From the NCBI RefSeq assembly GCF_009914755.1, contig NC_060928.1: a stretch of 64,000 bases of DNA; one strand, 5' to 3'. Positions 13,381-28,149 of the stretch are shown piece by piece. A program made the position numbers and the translations under genes. How positions within the stretch are numbered: the stretch's first letter is position 1; every line of letters begins with the position of its first letter. The notes under the pieces are model-generated. The model made no database searches. It was not told where the DNA came from and worked only from the letters and a program-made list of their open reading frames with translations. This stretch comes from the human T2T-CHM13v2.0 reference genome, Homo sapiens.

Positions 13381-13681
13381 GGCCAGGTGCGGTGGCTCAC
13401 GCCTGAAATCTCAGCACTTTGAGAGGCAGAGAGGGGTGGATTACTGGAGGTCAGGAGTTCAAGACTAGCCTGGACAACATTGTGAAACCCCGTCTCTAAT
13501 AAAAATACAAAATTAGCTGGGCGTGGTGGCATGCGCCTGTAATCTCAGCTACTCAGGAGGCTGAGGCAGGAGAATTGCTTGAACCCGGAGGCAGAGTTTG
13601 CGGTGAGCTGAGACCGTGCCACTGCATTGCAGCCTGGGCAGAAAGAGCAAAACTCCATCCCCTACCCAAAAAAAGAAAAAA
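13381..13681 (+). mobile_element. Alu (AluS-like) with 16-bp TSD
   Basis: TSD AGAATATCTGGATTTT at 13365-13380 and 13682-13697. Confidence 0.95.
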
Positions 13682-14058
13682 AGAATATCTGGATTTTAAA
13701 AGAAATATGATTTGAGATGTTTATGAATCTCTAAACACGTTTAAAACATGTAATTCCAGTAATAAGATGCTATAGATACTCTAAAACTTAATTCAGAACA
13801 TTAAGTGAATATTCAGAGCCTTAACTGAAATCACATAAATACATAACATTAATTAGAAAACATAATTCCATTTCAATTCAGATACTAAGCAAGGATCATT
13901 CACTGGTTAAGTGATTCATACCTGTATAGAACCCTCCAAGTGGGCATAAACCTGATTCATACCTCAGTAAAATTAGAAACACAGATCATGATTTACGATT
14001 GCTTTAAACATCTAAAATGGCCAAGGTTAAATCGGTAAGTATCAAAAATCTGTAATAC

Positions 14059-14228
14059 TGGCTGGGCAAGGGGCTCATGCCTGTAATCCCAGCACTTTGG
14101 GGAGCCAAGGCAGAAGCTTGCTTGAGGGCTGGAGAATCACTTGAGGCCAAGAGCTTGAGACCAGCCTGGGCAACACACTGAGACCCCCATGTCTATATTT
14201 GTTAAAAAAAAAAAAAACAAAAAAAAAA
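14059..14228 (+). mobile_element. Alu monomer (FLAM/AluJ left arm)
   Basis: Left-arm consensus, poly-A tail, CTGTAATACTG on both flanks. Confidence 0.85.
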
Positions 14229-15070
14229 CTGTAATACTGAGAAAACTTCATAAGAACTGCTGAGCAAGCTTTAAAAACTCTCATGTATAATTTTTACTTA
14301 TAAAAATATTTATATACATTTTTATTTTATACTGTATAAATACATGCTATTTTTAAGAAATGAATATATTCATTGTTGTAATTCAAAAAAAAAACCCCTC
14401 AAGATAATCTGCTTAAACACTTTCATGGAATGTTAACCAAGTAATCCTATTAAATCATTAACTTATTTACATATTATTCCTAAATTTACTTCACATCTCT
14501 AGGAAGACTAGATTATCAAGTCACCTTGGGGCATAAAACTATTGTTTTGCTGACATAGATACAAAAAGAAAATCAAGGTCTCTTTTTAGAAAGGTAGTTA
14601 TATCGTAAAAAGTAGAGAGGTAGGTAGCTTCCAATGATCTTGTGCTTCCAATGATTCTGTACTTCCAAAAGAAGGACAGCTATTAAAAGCACCATGTCTT
14701 CATGTCCCATATGGTGTATTTACTAAACTCAATTAAATTTTTAAAAAATAATGACAGCCTGCCTTTATCAGACATCAACAAAGTTGACAAAAATAGTAAA
14801 CTACAATGTAAATGATAAGGTGATAATTATTAAAATACAACTAAATGTAACTGAAAAAAGTTTTTTTCCTAAATGATCAATCAAAACCTTTCACTGAAAG
14901 GTATGAAATAGTCATCTAGGACGGTGAGAGAATACATGCGCTAGGACAGGATAAGGCAGTATGGCTGCTAGCCAGTATTAATGACTTCCCTAACAGCAAG
15001 AATGATAAAATTTATAAGATTAAGTCCTGCCCTACTTTATAAAATGTTGCATAAAAAGACTTATACTTAC

Positions 15071-15122
15071 CTCTGGTGGTGGTTCCTGATCATTCTTCCA
15101 TGATGCATCTGATCCCTTATCC
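15071..15122 (-). CDS. NAF1: NAF1 coding exon 6 (52 nt)
   Basis: Acceptor ccactcAG, donor GAG|GTAAGT; encodes the conserved DKGSDASWKNDQEPPPE. Confidence 0.95.
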
Positions 15123-18094
15123 CTGAGTGGGGTGGGGATGGGAGTCAAAAAAGTATTCATCACAATTCTATTAAGTGCTCATAACTTAAAAGTACAGAAA
15201 ATAATAAAGTAAAGGACATGAGTTCAACCTTTAATTTTGCAATACAGTTATGTGTCTTTTACCTTATTTCAAAAGATGTGGGAAGCTCCTAAGAAAAACA
15301 CAAAAGTTGAGCAAGTAGAAATATTAGGATTAGGGAACTGGAATGAGAAGCCAAGGCTATGGTGTGCAGTGGAAAGCAGATGGACAGCTCTTTTGATTTT
15401 TGTTTTCATAATATTTGCAGTTTTCACAAAACTCAGTTTAAAAAAAATGCTTATTTCACGCCAACTGTAGATCAGAAGTTGTTCCATGTGCGAAGGACAT
15501 AAAAATGACTATGAGGCATTCCCTTTTCACAGATTTTACAGGTTTAATGGCAGAGATATCAATATGAATTATTTTCTCCTCAGTTTACCTGAGGAATGTC
15601 AGCAATCCTCTATGAGTAACCAAGGCTTATTCCAACACTGATTCTCAAAGCAGTGAGGGTCAAACAAAGGCTAACTATGAATAGTTGGAGGAAGAGGAAG
15701 AGAAGCTGCTTTAAAGATTCTGAAGGACAATATAATGACTGGCATGTGTGAAATGTGTAATTGCAGCTGAAAATCAACAACTTTTGGTGGAGAGTTTTAC
15801 ACTTTACATCCAACAAAAGTACAGATATCTATTATGAGCAGTATAATTTGTGAAAGCTCATTTTTAATCTTTTTAATTTTGTTAATTTCATAGTTTCAGC
15901 TACTATTTTGTTATTCCATTATGTTAAAATATCACAAAGTAAAATATTACAAAGTATTAGGACTAGATGTCCTTATTGTTTTAAACTAGATCTCAAAAAT
16001 AAATGAGATTCCCAGGAATTAAGGCCATTAAAATCAATGTACAGATGTCAGTTTGCTGGCACAACATGAAAGTTATTAAGTTTGCTTTAAATTTTTGATT
16101 CGGAACTTTGACATTATATATGAGCCATTATCAATGGCTTTTCCATCACTTAAAAGAAAAAAGCATTTCCTCAATTGTCATTTCACACATGGGCCTTAAA
16201 TATATCTCTGGTATTCCTTTCTGCACATATGACATCTCATGATCTGGACTGCTGTTAGCCTGGAATCACAGACATAAATGGGAAAAATTCCCCAACTAGT
16301 GCGTCTATTACAAAAAATCAAAATCTACTAAAGGAAAGATCAAGCAACATTTCAAAAGGCACTTTTAACAAGACAGTAAGTACATGAGAAACTAAGATCA
16401 AAATAGCCTCATTAGAGAACAGTAAGCTGGAAAGGAGCTGAACTTCTCTACCTCAAAGACAAAGTACTCCACCAAGTTCCCATGACAGATGCCAAAATGA
16501 GGTCTAGAATACAACAGTTTTCCTGGGAGAGGGAGGTTTCTGCAATATAGGTCTAATTTCCCAATTCACTGATTTACTACTGCTTCTTAATAGAAGAACT
16601 GCAAATCAAAACCAAAGACTGAGTCTATTATCTAAAATCTATTTAAAAACCATCTTCAGAAAACCTCTTCAAATTTATCTGTTTTAAGCTAAAATACTCT
16701 ATTTGTTAAAAAGCTAAATATATGGCATATCCACAGCAGTATCTTTATATTCAAAGCAGGATGAAATGCTAAATATTTAAAGCATTTTAGAACATATTAA
16801 TATCTTGAAGACTTTATGTGTATTTAATTCATCTTTCTTGTCAGTGTTATTTAAGAAAATAACCTTATGCAATGTGAAGAATAACTTAGGCAAAATATTC
16901 CTCCAGATCTTTATGTAGATTCTTAAACATGAGTTAAATCAATTATCAGGATCAAAATTTTCATCTCTGAAATAAATGAAATTTGGTGACTTGAGACTTG
17001 ATTTAACATGTAAGTGGTATAAGTAATCTTCTTATGCCATGCAACTGGGGTTGGTACCTTTGACATAATACCAAAGTTACTCAGTGACCAAAGTTCCTTT
17101 GTTTTCCTGCAAAAACAACATCTATAAAAATGTATCGCCTAGGTTTTAAGTCTCCAATAAAAGAAGAGCTAGAACTAAAAGGAACTTCTGTGTCAAACTG
17201 AGTGCAAAGTCTTTCTGGATTTAACCTTCCCCCAGTCTTTGGCAGTCTTTTCTTCCACTCCCAATTTGAAAATATTTTTAGTGGCTCATATTCATTACAT
17301 CATTCGAAAGCATTCAAGTTATTTTTATTAAAAAAAAATCTTAAATTCATATGCTATTTGCTGATATAAAAAATTAAATAACATAATTATAACAAGTTTA
17401 GCTGATACAAACAGCTCTACAACTAACAGCTGGCAACAGCTAACATTTGAAAAATATTCAACCAATGGGAGCACAAATATAAAAAAATATTGCGGTCACA
17501 TGCCACAGAAATCACTTAGCATTATTGATAGACAAAATGGAGAGCACTGGTTTGTTGGTTAGGTCAACTCCATACACCGTAACTTTCTACACAATTTTTC
17601 AGGGACACGTGTTAGTTGTCTCTTCTACAAACTTAAAATTTATAAGCAAAATAAAGAGATAACACTCATTTTTTTTCTCTTGAAAACTATTTTAAAGTTT
17701 TATTGAAGAGCAAGGCCCCTAAATAGAATCCAAAGAGAATTTTACTTAACTGAAAAAAAAGTTATTAAGAAATGATAATAATATTAGTACTAATACTAAA
17801 ATAGTAAGTACATTAAAGAATGTACATAATGGAAAAAACACTGAACTAGAATCAGAAAGTGTACATGGCTCAAATGTGCTCTTAATGGCTGATCATCTCA
17901 TTTTTTACAAAAGATATGAATTCTACGTACAAAATCTGAAAATAAATTGTAGGCTTCAAAGATATTATTAGGAAGATAAATGAACTCTTTGCAAGACACA
18001 CACAATATAACTGTAAGAAATTACATCACTGAGAATTATTCTTAAAATATAAACGTTAGGTAAGTGAAGAACAACATGCCGGTAAAGTACTTAC

Positions 18095-18255
18095 TGTTTT
18101 AGTTTTTCTGTGAATATATATTGAGTGAAATCTTTCATTGATGGAGCAAAATACATAGTCTCCTTTATTTTAATACCTTTACTCTCAATGTGATCTGAAG
18201 AATTAAACCGTAACACATAAAATGGATGTGCAACAGGTCCAAATATCTCGAATAT
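18095..18255 (-). CDS. NAF1: NAF1 coding exon 5 (161 nt, Gar1/Naf1 core)
   Basis: Acceptor tattacAG, donor ACA|GTAAGT; encodes IFEIFGPVAHPFYVLRFNSSDHIESKGIKIKETMYFAPSMKDFTQYIFTEKLK, containing the Gar1-like IFGPV..P.Y motif. Confidence 0.96.
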
Positions 18256-18955
18256 CTGTAATAGAAACATAAAGGCCTCTTTTAACATGTAAAATAACTA
18301 TTTGAAAAGTCAGCAGTGTTTTCTTTTAAAAATCCCACTGATAATTGCCAGAACAAGGTAATTTTGTCAGTGTTAGGGCAATAAAATAATTTTTTAGTTA
18401 TATTTATGTCATTTTTACATATTCAGTCTTCATATATTGATTAAAATGCACTCGCTCATTCCAGATTTCCCTTCTATGAATGTGAAACAATAGTAACAAG
18501 TTTGTTCCTCACCAAATTCAAATCATTTTGATGGTACCAACTCGATGCAAATTATGATTTTTTTAAATTATTGCTCATTTAACTTGTAAAGTACACAGAA
18601 AAGGATTATAATTGGTAACTTTTGAGAAAACTGTATACATTTGGAATCATCAGATGGGAAATATAAAAGCAAGCTTCTGACTTCAATAGGAGTTAAATCA
18701 CTTTTGCTGTTTCCACAGTGTTAGGAATTTTGTAAAATTACAGACTTTTTCTAATTTAACAACTAATAAAGTAGAAGTTATTTATGTTTAAAAAACACAA
18801 AGATGGTGCAGCCTTTAACATTTAACTAAAAGAACTGCTTTTAGCAGAACCACATATTTTACTTCTGAAAACGTTTTAAGAATAATGAAAGGAAACTTCT
18901 TGGTTTCAAATTGTACTTTCTTCTCAAAATACGTGAATTAAAAAATATATTTTCT

Positions 18956-19227
18956 GGCTGGGCGCAGTGGCTCACGCCTGTAATCCCAGCACTTTAGGAG
19001 GTGAGGCGGGCGGATCACCTGAGGTCAGGGGTTCAAGACCAGCCTGGCCAACATAGTGAAACTCTGTCTCTACTAAAAATACAAAAATTAGCCGGGTGTG
19101 GTGGCAGGCACCTGTAATCCCAGCCACTCAGGGGCTGAGGCAAGAGAATCACTTCAACCCAGGAGGCAGAGGTTGCAGTGAACCGAGATTGTGCCATCGC
19201 ACTACAGCCTGGGGGACAAAAGCGAGA
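18956..19227 (+). mobile_element. Alu (AluS-like) lacking a poly-A tail
   Basis: Dimeric Alu consensus ending abruptly at agcgagat. Confidence 0.9.
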
Positions 19228-22200
19228 TAATATATGTATATTATAGAGATAAGACCATGATCAATGCCAGTATAGATTTTTCCAGTCTTTTTTCTATAAT
19301 ACGTTATTTTTTTCTTTAAGACCATACTGTAGTTTTGTATACTGCCCCCTTTTAAAAACCTAAAGTTGTTCCATGTTATATTCTTTGTAAGTATAATTTT
19401 AGCTATCATAAAACACCCCTTTACAGACTCAGGACAACTTACTTAACTTCTTTCTTATTGTAGGACATTTAGGCAGCTTCCAATTTGTTCAACATAATAC
19501 ATGATGCCATGATAAACATATATAAATCACTATACTTCAGACTTCCTAAAAATTGATTTGTAAGGAGTGGAGGTATTGAAGCTGAAAGTACGATAATTAA
19601 CACTAAGGCATAAAAGTTTTAATGGAAATTACTAAATAGCTTTCTAAATAGCTTGGACCAATTTATACCAACTGCATTGAACATGGCTGTTTTATCACAT
19701 CCTCAGTTCTTGATTTTTGATAGTAAATGCTCTTCACATTTTATGATTTCAGTACAGCACTGAATCTTTCATTAATTTTCATTAAGGCGTAAAACAGCTC
19801 ACCTATCAGGGCACCACCATTCTGAAGATATGTGTACTCTAAAAAGAAGTAGTGACATTAAAAACTATTAAAATGCCAATGTATTATGAAATAACACTAA
19901 TAGCATCACAAATTTAAAGCTTTAAAAAAGTGTAAAAGCAAAAAACTTTAAGAAAATAGCAAGACATCTGCTTTGAAAAGGTTTAGATAAATCCAGTAGA
20001 CCTCGTCCAGTAAGAACTGTGAAGGACAGAAGAGGTGCACTCAGCACCACTCTTACTGGCCTACATGACATATATTATTGTAGTCTTACTTTCACTTAAA
20101 ATTGTCTTAAAAACAATTCACAAGTTTAATTCTCTCACATATACACAAACCCAATTCTTCATTTGGTCAGAGATTTAAAAATATCTTTTAAGTTTCCTGT
20201 GTATCCATTAATACAAGGTAAAATAATCATCGTTTGCAACCTGGTACACAGACTGTTTCCCAGGGATTTGTTTCCTAGATAGCATGAATCCATTTCCTAA
20301 GTGTGAAAAACAATTTCAGTGGAAAAATTCCTTGCCAACTTCAGGTCTGTGCAGTATGGTTTGAACTAAAATATAAGTGACATTCAAAATTCTTGGACAA
20401 AAGCAAAGCATAGTATTTTAGTTGACTGTTCCTAGGTTCTGAAGTGTTTATGAGCCACAACTATAATGAAATCATTATAAAGTTTTAAGTAAAACAACAT
20501 CACAGGCAGTAGATAACAGGAAGCCATACAATAGACAGTATGTGGCATGAGCCAATACTAATAGGTATGTTACAGGAAAACTTGACCAAGTTCACATAAG
20601 CAATTTGGCTAATCCAGAGTAGAAAAGAGGAATTTAACAATATTTTAAATAACCATTAGCCTCTGAGTGTAGAGTTTAGATTGACTAACACCTGAGAGCT
20701 AAACTGTAAAGAGCAACTTAAGACACAGCAAGGCTCAGGCCGGCCCACTTCTCCTCATACAGCTCCATAGGAGGCACCCATATCCCTTCTTGGTCATTCC
20801 ACCCAACTTAGGGGATTCTGGAACTTCCATACTACCTGATTCAAGATAAAAGCAAAGGAAGTAATAGATTGTAAGGAGAGTATAAGAAACTGAATTTGGA
20901 AAAGTAGCACCTGAGACCTTTACTATGAGGTGGGCAAGCAGCTTTCTTTATATCTTTAAAACTAGTATATATTCTGTAGGTGTTCATATAAAAATTTAAT
21001 CCAACTGATGCTTTATACTTGCCCTGTCATTGAGAAGTGGTTTTCTAGGTATCCTTTCACTTGGCTCTAGGTGATAATACTCACCATTTTTTACTCAAAG
21101 TCATTATATTTTTGCTACAAGATCTCCAAGGATTCCTATCACACACAGAGGTTAACACACACTGTAACAACAACGTGGTACAGCTATAATGTAGGATCTG
21201 CTGGGAAAAATAACTGACAAGCAGAGAAGATATAGAGTGCATGCAGTTCCCCAAATTCCATCCCAGCGTAGGCTGGGCTTAAATGTTCTGTGTGCACCAT
21301 GGCAAAAGTTTCAGCGGCGTAGAAGGCCTGTTTGAGCCAGCAGGCTGGAGGTGCACAGACAATACAGCAAAAGGGAGAATGAGCTGTACTCTCCTCCCCC
21401 TCTCCACACACATACCATGTCACAAACTTACTAAGTTATCTAGAGGGGGCTAGGTAACTCCCAGTTTTTCTATTATCTAGGAGGGGACTAGGTAAATCCT
21501 AGTTTCTCTAAGTAACAATAAATATATCAAGGATCTCCAGGCCTAGGAACAATGCTGGCAGGCTGTGCCTGTGAAGGGCCAAGGTCTGCATGCTGCCACC
21601 TGGGAACAGCCTTCAAACAATGTCTCTCTAGGTGAGCCAGCTTTGGGCTAAACTGCCAAAGGAGAAAGGAAATGAGGAAATGAACCTTTACAACTATTCA
21701 ACATTGTCTTTTATCAATCACTTTGTGCTTTTTTCAATTCCCATCAACAAAAATGAAGAAAATACAGACGAATAGAGTATTCTAATCTATTAGTTAGGCA
21801 AACTGATCATTTCAATCACTGTGTGTATTACTGTATCATAAGTTACCTTGAAATATGTCATGAGAACTGAGGGGGTGGGGAACAACACTCCATCAATATA
21901 ATACAGAGTCCTCTAGAAAATCATCATATCCTACCAAACAAGACAGTAATATAATCGTTTAAAAAGGAATCAGTAAAAATTTCCTACCCACTGATATATG
22001 AGAAGGAAACAGATTTCACTAGTTCATCAAGGGAACTAGCAATTCTTAGGATTAAAGGGCAAAGGTAGGAATAAAAATCTGAGACTGTCCTCCCTTAATC
22101 AGTGGGGAAGGCAAAGGGAGGTGGAAGGGAAATGAACCTGGGCTGTAAACTCATCCATTTCAGCTTTGTGACTTTTTAGCAAGGTTTCTCAAGTTTTAAA

Positions 22201-23653
22201 ATAGAGGTAATTTTACTTCCTTGCAGGGTTTCAGTGAACTTAAAAAGATAACATAAATATCACTGTAGCTGATTACTATCGTGTTACTGAAGAAAAGAGG
22301 GAAAAGATGTTCGATGGCTTGCTACTGAAGGTAAAACTAATTTAGTATTTAGATAAGACATGCTAATAATCTAAAAGGTACTCAGTTTCATATTCTGGTT
22401 ATTGGTTTGTTTAACAAATACTTTCTAATCTCTACTCCCACTACTATTTTGGAGAATCATTTCAAGGCACTTAGATTTATAATCAAGTATTTTTTAAAAA
22501 CTTGTCACAAAGTCTTTCAAAAGCATTTATAAAGCATTCTATGTAAAATTTAGAAATAGATTTAATTTTTGCCAACAGGCTTATGCCATATAACTAAAGT
22601 TAGAGGTGTAAATGTTATATTTTATCTGACTCCTTTCAAATCTAAATGACAGCTGAATATTAATATTAGTCACATTTACAGGTCTAGAAATTCAAATGTA
22701 GTGGGAAATACAAAAAAAATGTCTGTTTAGAGGTTTTAATTTAGCAAAGTGTTGAGTATTTTCAGATTAAAATTGTCTAAGTTAGGTACTAAGAAAAAAA
22801 GACAACTGTCATGAAAATCACAAATAGCTCCTTTCTTATTTGTTTGTATTCAACTCAATACACATTTACTTGGCACAAATAATTTACAAAGAACTGTACT
22901 AGATACAATGGGGAATATCAAGGTGAATAAAACTGTCCCTATTGCCAGGAAATAAATACTTACTTAGTATTTACATTCTTGATTTTAGAATGTTTATGTC
23001 TTCTGCCAACCAGTCAGAATTGCCTAGTTGCTGAGTAAAGTGCACAGTTTTCTACATTAAGGTGGACATGCAGGGTTGTTCCATTAGAAAGATGTTAAAA
23101 GGGACCAAATCTTATAGTAATTACTTGAATGCACATATTTGTAATTCCCCAGGATGTGCCTACAGTGACAATTCATTGCTGTCAGTGAAATATTTTTCCA
23201 CTTGGAAAAGATTCCACACCGAGCTTCCACCTGAGGAAGTCAAAGTCTGAAAAGTCTGAGAGCCACTATTCAAAGGAGCTCACAAAACAAAAATGCTTAA
23301 GAGCTACTATACTATGGGAAGTCTTCTTCACTCAGCTGAGTATCTGGACGGTAGGAAACGATGTGTTATGCATTACGTAGACTCACTGCCTAGCAAGTTA
23401 TCTGACAAACACTAGGAAAGAATTCTATATATGTGTATTTAATAACTCATGTGGCAAAGAGTAATAATCAGTATTAAACCAATTTACAGACAGATATGAA
23501 GTACTAAAGGAAATCAAGAACGTACTGAAATTAGAGAGCTCTAGATTGTCCATCAATTAAAATAAATAAACTCTTCTGAGAACTGATGGGGAAAGTCAGA
23601 AAAAAACAATAAATAAATAGAATAATTTGTAAGATTTGAAATGTTTTACAAAC

Positions 23654-23736
23654 CTTTCCTGCTGCTTGTCGATCACTTTTAAAAATTACAGTCTCCTCAT
23701 TAACTGGAGGTAGGTTAGTCATAGATTCAATTATTA
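23654..23736 (-). CDS. NAF1: NAF1 coding exon 4 (83 nt)
   Basis: Acceptor tttttcAG, donor AAG|GTTTGT; encodes VIIESMTNLPPVNEETVIFKSDRQAAGK (overlaps ORF 23531..23722). Confidence 0.95.
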
Positions 23737-24542
23737 CTGAAAAATAAAATAGATTACTTCAAGATTTACTTATAAGAGAATGTAGAATTTTAATGAAAAT
23801 CTAAGCTTTAATTCCAACATAATTTAAAAAAAAATTGAAGGTGGGATTATTACCTCATTAACCATTTTCTCTTCAGTAAACAAAGTCTACTTATTACCAA
23901 ATAGCACTGGGAAATGTTTTTATACCTATTTTTAATACAAAAAGCTATAATTCTAAGGGAAAAAAATTAAAATGCAAATCCCACAGAAAATCTGAATCAT
24001 CCATTAAAGATTCAACAAATTCAAGCTATGTACATATTCTCAAGTAATTTTTACCAAAAATAGTGTAATCACGTTTAGTTGTAAAACTGTTTTAGAAGAA
24101 ATTAGTCTTCTTTCTCACTCTTAAAAATTCTTTTCTACAAAGCACTGTTTAGTTACTGGTATATGAAAAAGTTAAATAAAAGGCTTCACAAAAGCATCTT
24201 CCTATGAACAGAAGAAGTAAAAGTGCTAGAGCTCACAGTAATTTTTATCATTACATGAAAATTCCCTCCTCAAAAAGCAAAAACATAATCTCCAAATCTC
24301 CAGTTCTTTTAAATGACACAAATATTAAAGAACTGATCTACCATAACAAAGAGAAAACACACGCACACACAAACACACTCTCAATAAGTTTTTAGAACAT
24401 CAGAGCCACAAGTAAGAACACTGTTACATTACATAGATAATACCATGTCAACTAAGGGAATAAAATATATTACCTCAGATTATCAAAATTAATTCAAACA
24501 ATTTCTTTTGTATCTCAATTAATTTTAACAGTGGATACTTCA

Positions 24543-24673
24543 GGCTGGGCACGGTGGCTCACGCCTGCAGCACTCTGGGAGGCTGGCGAGGAAGGACGGC
24601 TTGAGCCCAGGAGTTTGAGACCAGCCTGGGCAACGTAGCAAGACCTTGTCTCTATTAAAAATCTCTATTAAAA
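24543..24673 (+). mobile_element. Alu monomer (FLAM_C-like)
   Basis: ggctgggcacggtggctcacgcctg...gcttgagcccaggagtttgagaccagcctgggcaac. Confidence 0.85.
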
Positions 24674-25484
24674 ATCTGCAACAGTAGCATGTGCTGATTT
24701 TGACCCATTTACTCTTTATTCCCATTAGGTTGAGAATTTTTTCAGTCTATGTTAGTCAAAATAGTATTGTTAAAAATGCAAAAATGACATGCATTATTCC
24801 ATGTACGTCAGAGTTTACATTTATTTTTTTGAGGATCAACATTATGACCTAAAATTTTTCTGTATACATCAAGTCTAATAAATGTTTAAATCATACCACA
24901 TAATCAAGAAATTAGTTGCCTGTTTGATTTATCTATATATATTATTAAATACCATAACTCTAAAACTAGTAAATGTAATGATTCCAGAATCACGGAAAGA
25001 ATTTTAATTATTATTTTTGAAAAGAAGGTTCATTTTAATCTACATTTTTATTAATAAACTGAAAAAGTACAAAATTATGTAAGTGTTAATTTTTAAAAAT
25101 ATCAATATAGACACTGTTAGAAAAAAGTCAAAAGAAAAAGGTCCTATTTCTACCACTGACTCACTATACAACTGGTCCTAAGAGCAACTGACTTGAATTT
25201 TTCTGTTTCCTCAGGTCCTGTGGAGGCTGGTGGGCAATCTAGGTCCTCTTCACAGTTCCAAAATCCTATTACTTTGTCAGTGCTGAGTTCTATTCTCCAG
25301 CATATCCTACTACGAGTTAATAGTACCTATATTAACAAGAATCTCACAGAACAAACTCACATGTTGGGGCTAAAGAAGTCTAAAATATTAAGTTCTCTTA
25401 TAACTCAGCAACTTCATATTTCATGCCATTAATAACAGTATTAAATTACAAAACTTTCTCACATGTTTTTAAGACAAAATCAAA

Positions 25485-25967
25485 GGTGGTGAGCAGAATG
25501 GCTCCCCAAGAGATATCCACACTCTAAATACCTGAATCTGTAAATACATTACATTTTTAAGAGCCTTTGCAGATGTGATTAAAGTTAAGGACCACGAGAT
25601 AGGGGAGATTATCCTGGATTATGCAGGTAAACTCAATCTAAAAAGTCTTTAAAAGCAGAGAACCTTTCCACATGTGGTTAGAGTGAGGTGAGATAATGGA
25701 AGAAGGCTCAGAGACAGACGTTACATTACTGGCCTTCAGGATGAAGAAAGAGAGCCAAAAGTCAAGGAATGTGGGCAGGCTCTAGAACCCAAAAAGAGCA
25801 AGGAAGTAAGATTCTCCCCTAGTACCTACAGAAAATAACTCAGCCCTGTTAACACCTTTGATTTTAAGCCCACTGAGACCCACATGAGAACTGTATGATA
25901 AAATTGTGCTGCTGTAAGTCACTAAGTTTGCAGTAATTTGGTATAGCAACATTAGAAAACTAATAAA
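25485..25967 (+). mobile_element. MaLR solo LTR (MLT1D-like)
   Basis: tttgcagatgtgattaaagttaagga...gagattatcctggattat...ttttaagcccactgagaccc...agaaaactaata. Confidence 0.8.
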
Positions 25968-26212
25968 CCAAATCAAAGGAAATTCCGGAGGAAGTATGTC
26001 AGTAAAAGCAGACATTTAAATTTCTATAAATAAACTGTATTTATATATAATTTTAGTATATGAAAACTGAATTTTATCCCTTCAAACTTAATGACTATAA
26101 AATAAAGTGTTAATTACGTATGTCAAAGAAAATTTACTAGTCATAAAAGTCATTGATTCAATTATTAGTGTGTGTTTGGAAACAATTTTTATTAATAGAA
26201 TTCTTAACATAC

Positions 26213-26306
26213 CTAGTTGTTCAATAATACTTGAAACCATCCCAAGAGGCTTTAACTCAATATCTTCAGGCAGAATAATAGTGAGTTCTTCAACAGAAGG
26301 CAGTTC
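26213..26306 (-). CDS. NAF1: NAF1 coding exon 3 (94 nt, start of Gar1/Naf1 domain)
   Basis: Acceptor ttatAG, donor TAG|GTATGT; encodes ELPSVEELTIILPEDIELKPLGMVSSIIEQL. Confidence 0.95.
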
Positions 26307-28149
26307 CTATAATTTAAAACAAAACAAAACATTAAACTTCCTCCAGCTTCAACAACTTAAAAAAAATAAATTTTCCATTTTAAGTGCTACACATCTCTGA
26401 AAATGCTTTAAGTGCTTAGAGCATCTCTTTAATGTTATCATTTTAGTGGTTGCAGACTTGTGATAGCACTTCTCTCCCTCCAACATTTCTCCACCTAAGT
26501 GACTCAACAGGTCTCAAGTATACACCCCAAATTCAGTTAGACTAAGAACACAGACATAAGTACTATTCTACATTCTTTCAGTCACACTTGAACAAGAGAC
26601 TACCTACTTCCTGTAAAAAAGGCTATTATCAGGCAGAGACATTCCATTTGAAAAGAAATAATTCTACTAGTAACTATAATTTCTCCACATAAGTTCTTTT
26701 AGCTGTCTTGTTAAATTGGTTAGTTAATTAGTTTGACTGTGATTAAACAGAACACAGAAGCAGCAATCTTTTCTGCGACTGTGTCAAGAAGAGTTGAATG
26801 GCCTCTTCAGGAAAAAGGAAATGACACCTATCAGTGAAACATTGAAGTCCTGAAAAAAGAATATAGGCTTTAGCCTATAAAAACTATGAAGGTGTTGCCT
26901 GATACCTTCTCTCTCTAGGTTAAAAAATAAGTTTCTTTACACCTAAAGATTTCTCTTTTCTTACCCACCTGCAAACTGCATCTCAGTTGCTATGGAAACT
27001 AGATATTGAAGTACAGATGAATCTGAAGAGAAATCTAAGAATAAATCTGACCTTAGCCTTTAGATTAAAAACACAGCTTTCTGTTCTTGACCCTTGCCAA
27101 ATGATCTAACTCTCAGAAGGAAGCTTTTCCTCAAGATGGCTTGAAGTGCAAAGACCCTACCAATGGCATTTTAGCAGTTAAACTGGGAGAAGGATAACTT
27201 TTGGAGAAATGTTGGAAAAGGTGGGAAAACCTACATAACATGAAGTATACTGCAGACGAATGCATCCTGAGTAATCATATTACCCCTACGGAAACTTAAA
27301 CTAGGTTCTTAAAATCATTCAACCAGAGTTGATAAGCAGACATCTAAAATACACTTTGTTTCTGGGATATGCTATTTTCTGATACAGGATTACTTATGGA
27401 GAGCAACACTACGGGTCTCAACCAACTGATGCAGAAGGAAGTCAGCAACATGCCTTTGTATGGTTAGTCTGCCTGGTGTTAGAGGAAATTATTTTGTTTT
27501 ATCCATCAGAATTCTTATGAGTACTTTCAAAGAGAGAATAACCACTTGCCCTTTCATCATATTAAACGTGGAAAGCCTTATCTTGGGAAGACCATGGTTT
27601 GAAAATGGTTCATGTGTGTATCAGAATGCAGAAGGGAGTTTAGTTGTTAGAACAAACTGTGACATTAAATAGCCTTTTTACAGAAGTTCTTAGCTAAAGC
27701 AATCTCAAACCTTGTTAAATACAAGACTGGATAACTATAATTTTGGGGGACTGCAGAGAAGAGGGCTTTAATGATATTTCAGAGGGCAATTGTGAGGGGA
27801 GTTTCACATTGACTCGGGTTCTGGGAGTGGCTCCTCTTGTTAAGTGGCAAATGTCATTTGCTAATCCAGAAGTACAGTGATAAAATCTGTCCCATTACCT
27901 AGCCAAATTATAAGATCTAAAACAAAAATTTGAGTACTTTTGGATTGGGATAAAGCCTACTGGTTAAATATTCTCAAATAAACAAGTGCTATTTAACCAG
28001 CAGGAAAGGCCCCTGGTTTTGTATTTTCTATTATGAGAAATAAAGGCCCATGTAATATAATAGTTATGCTTTGATATAAATCTAAACTGATACTGTTTTG
28101 CTTTTGTTGTTTGTTTAAAGTAAAAAAGTAAAACATGTTCCTATTTTTA

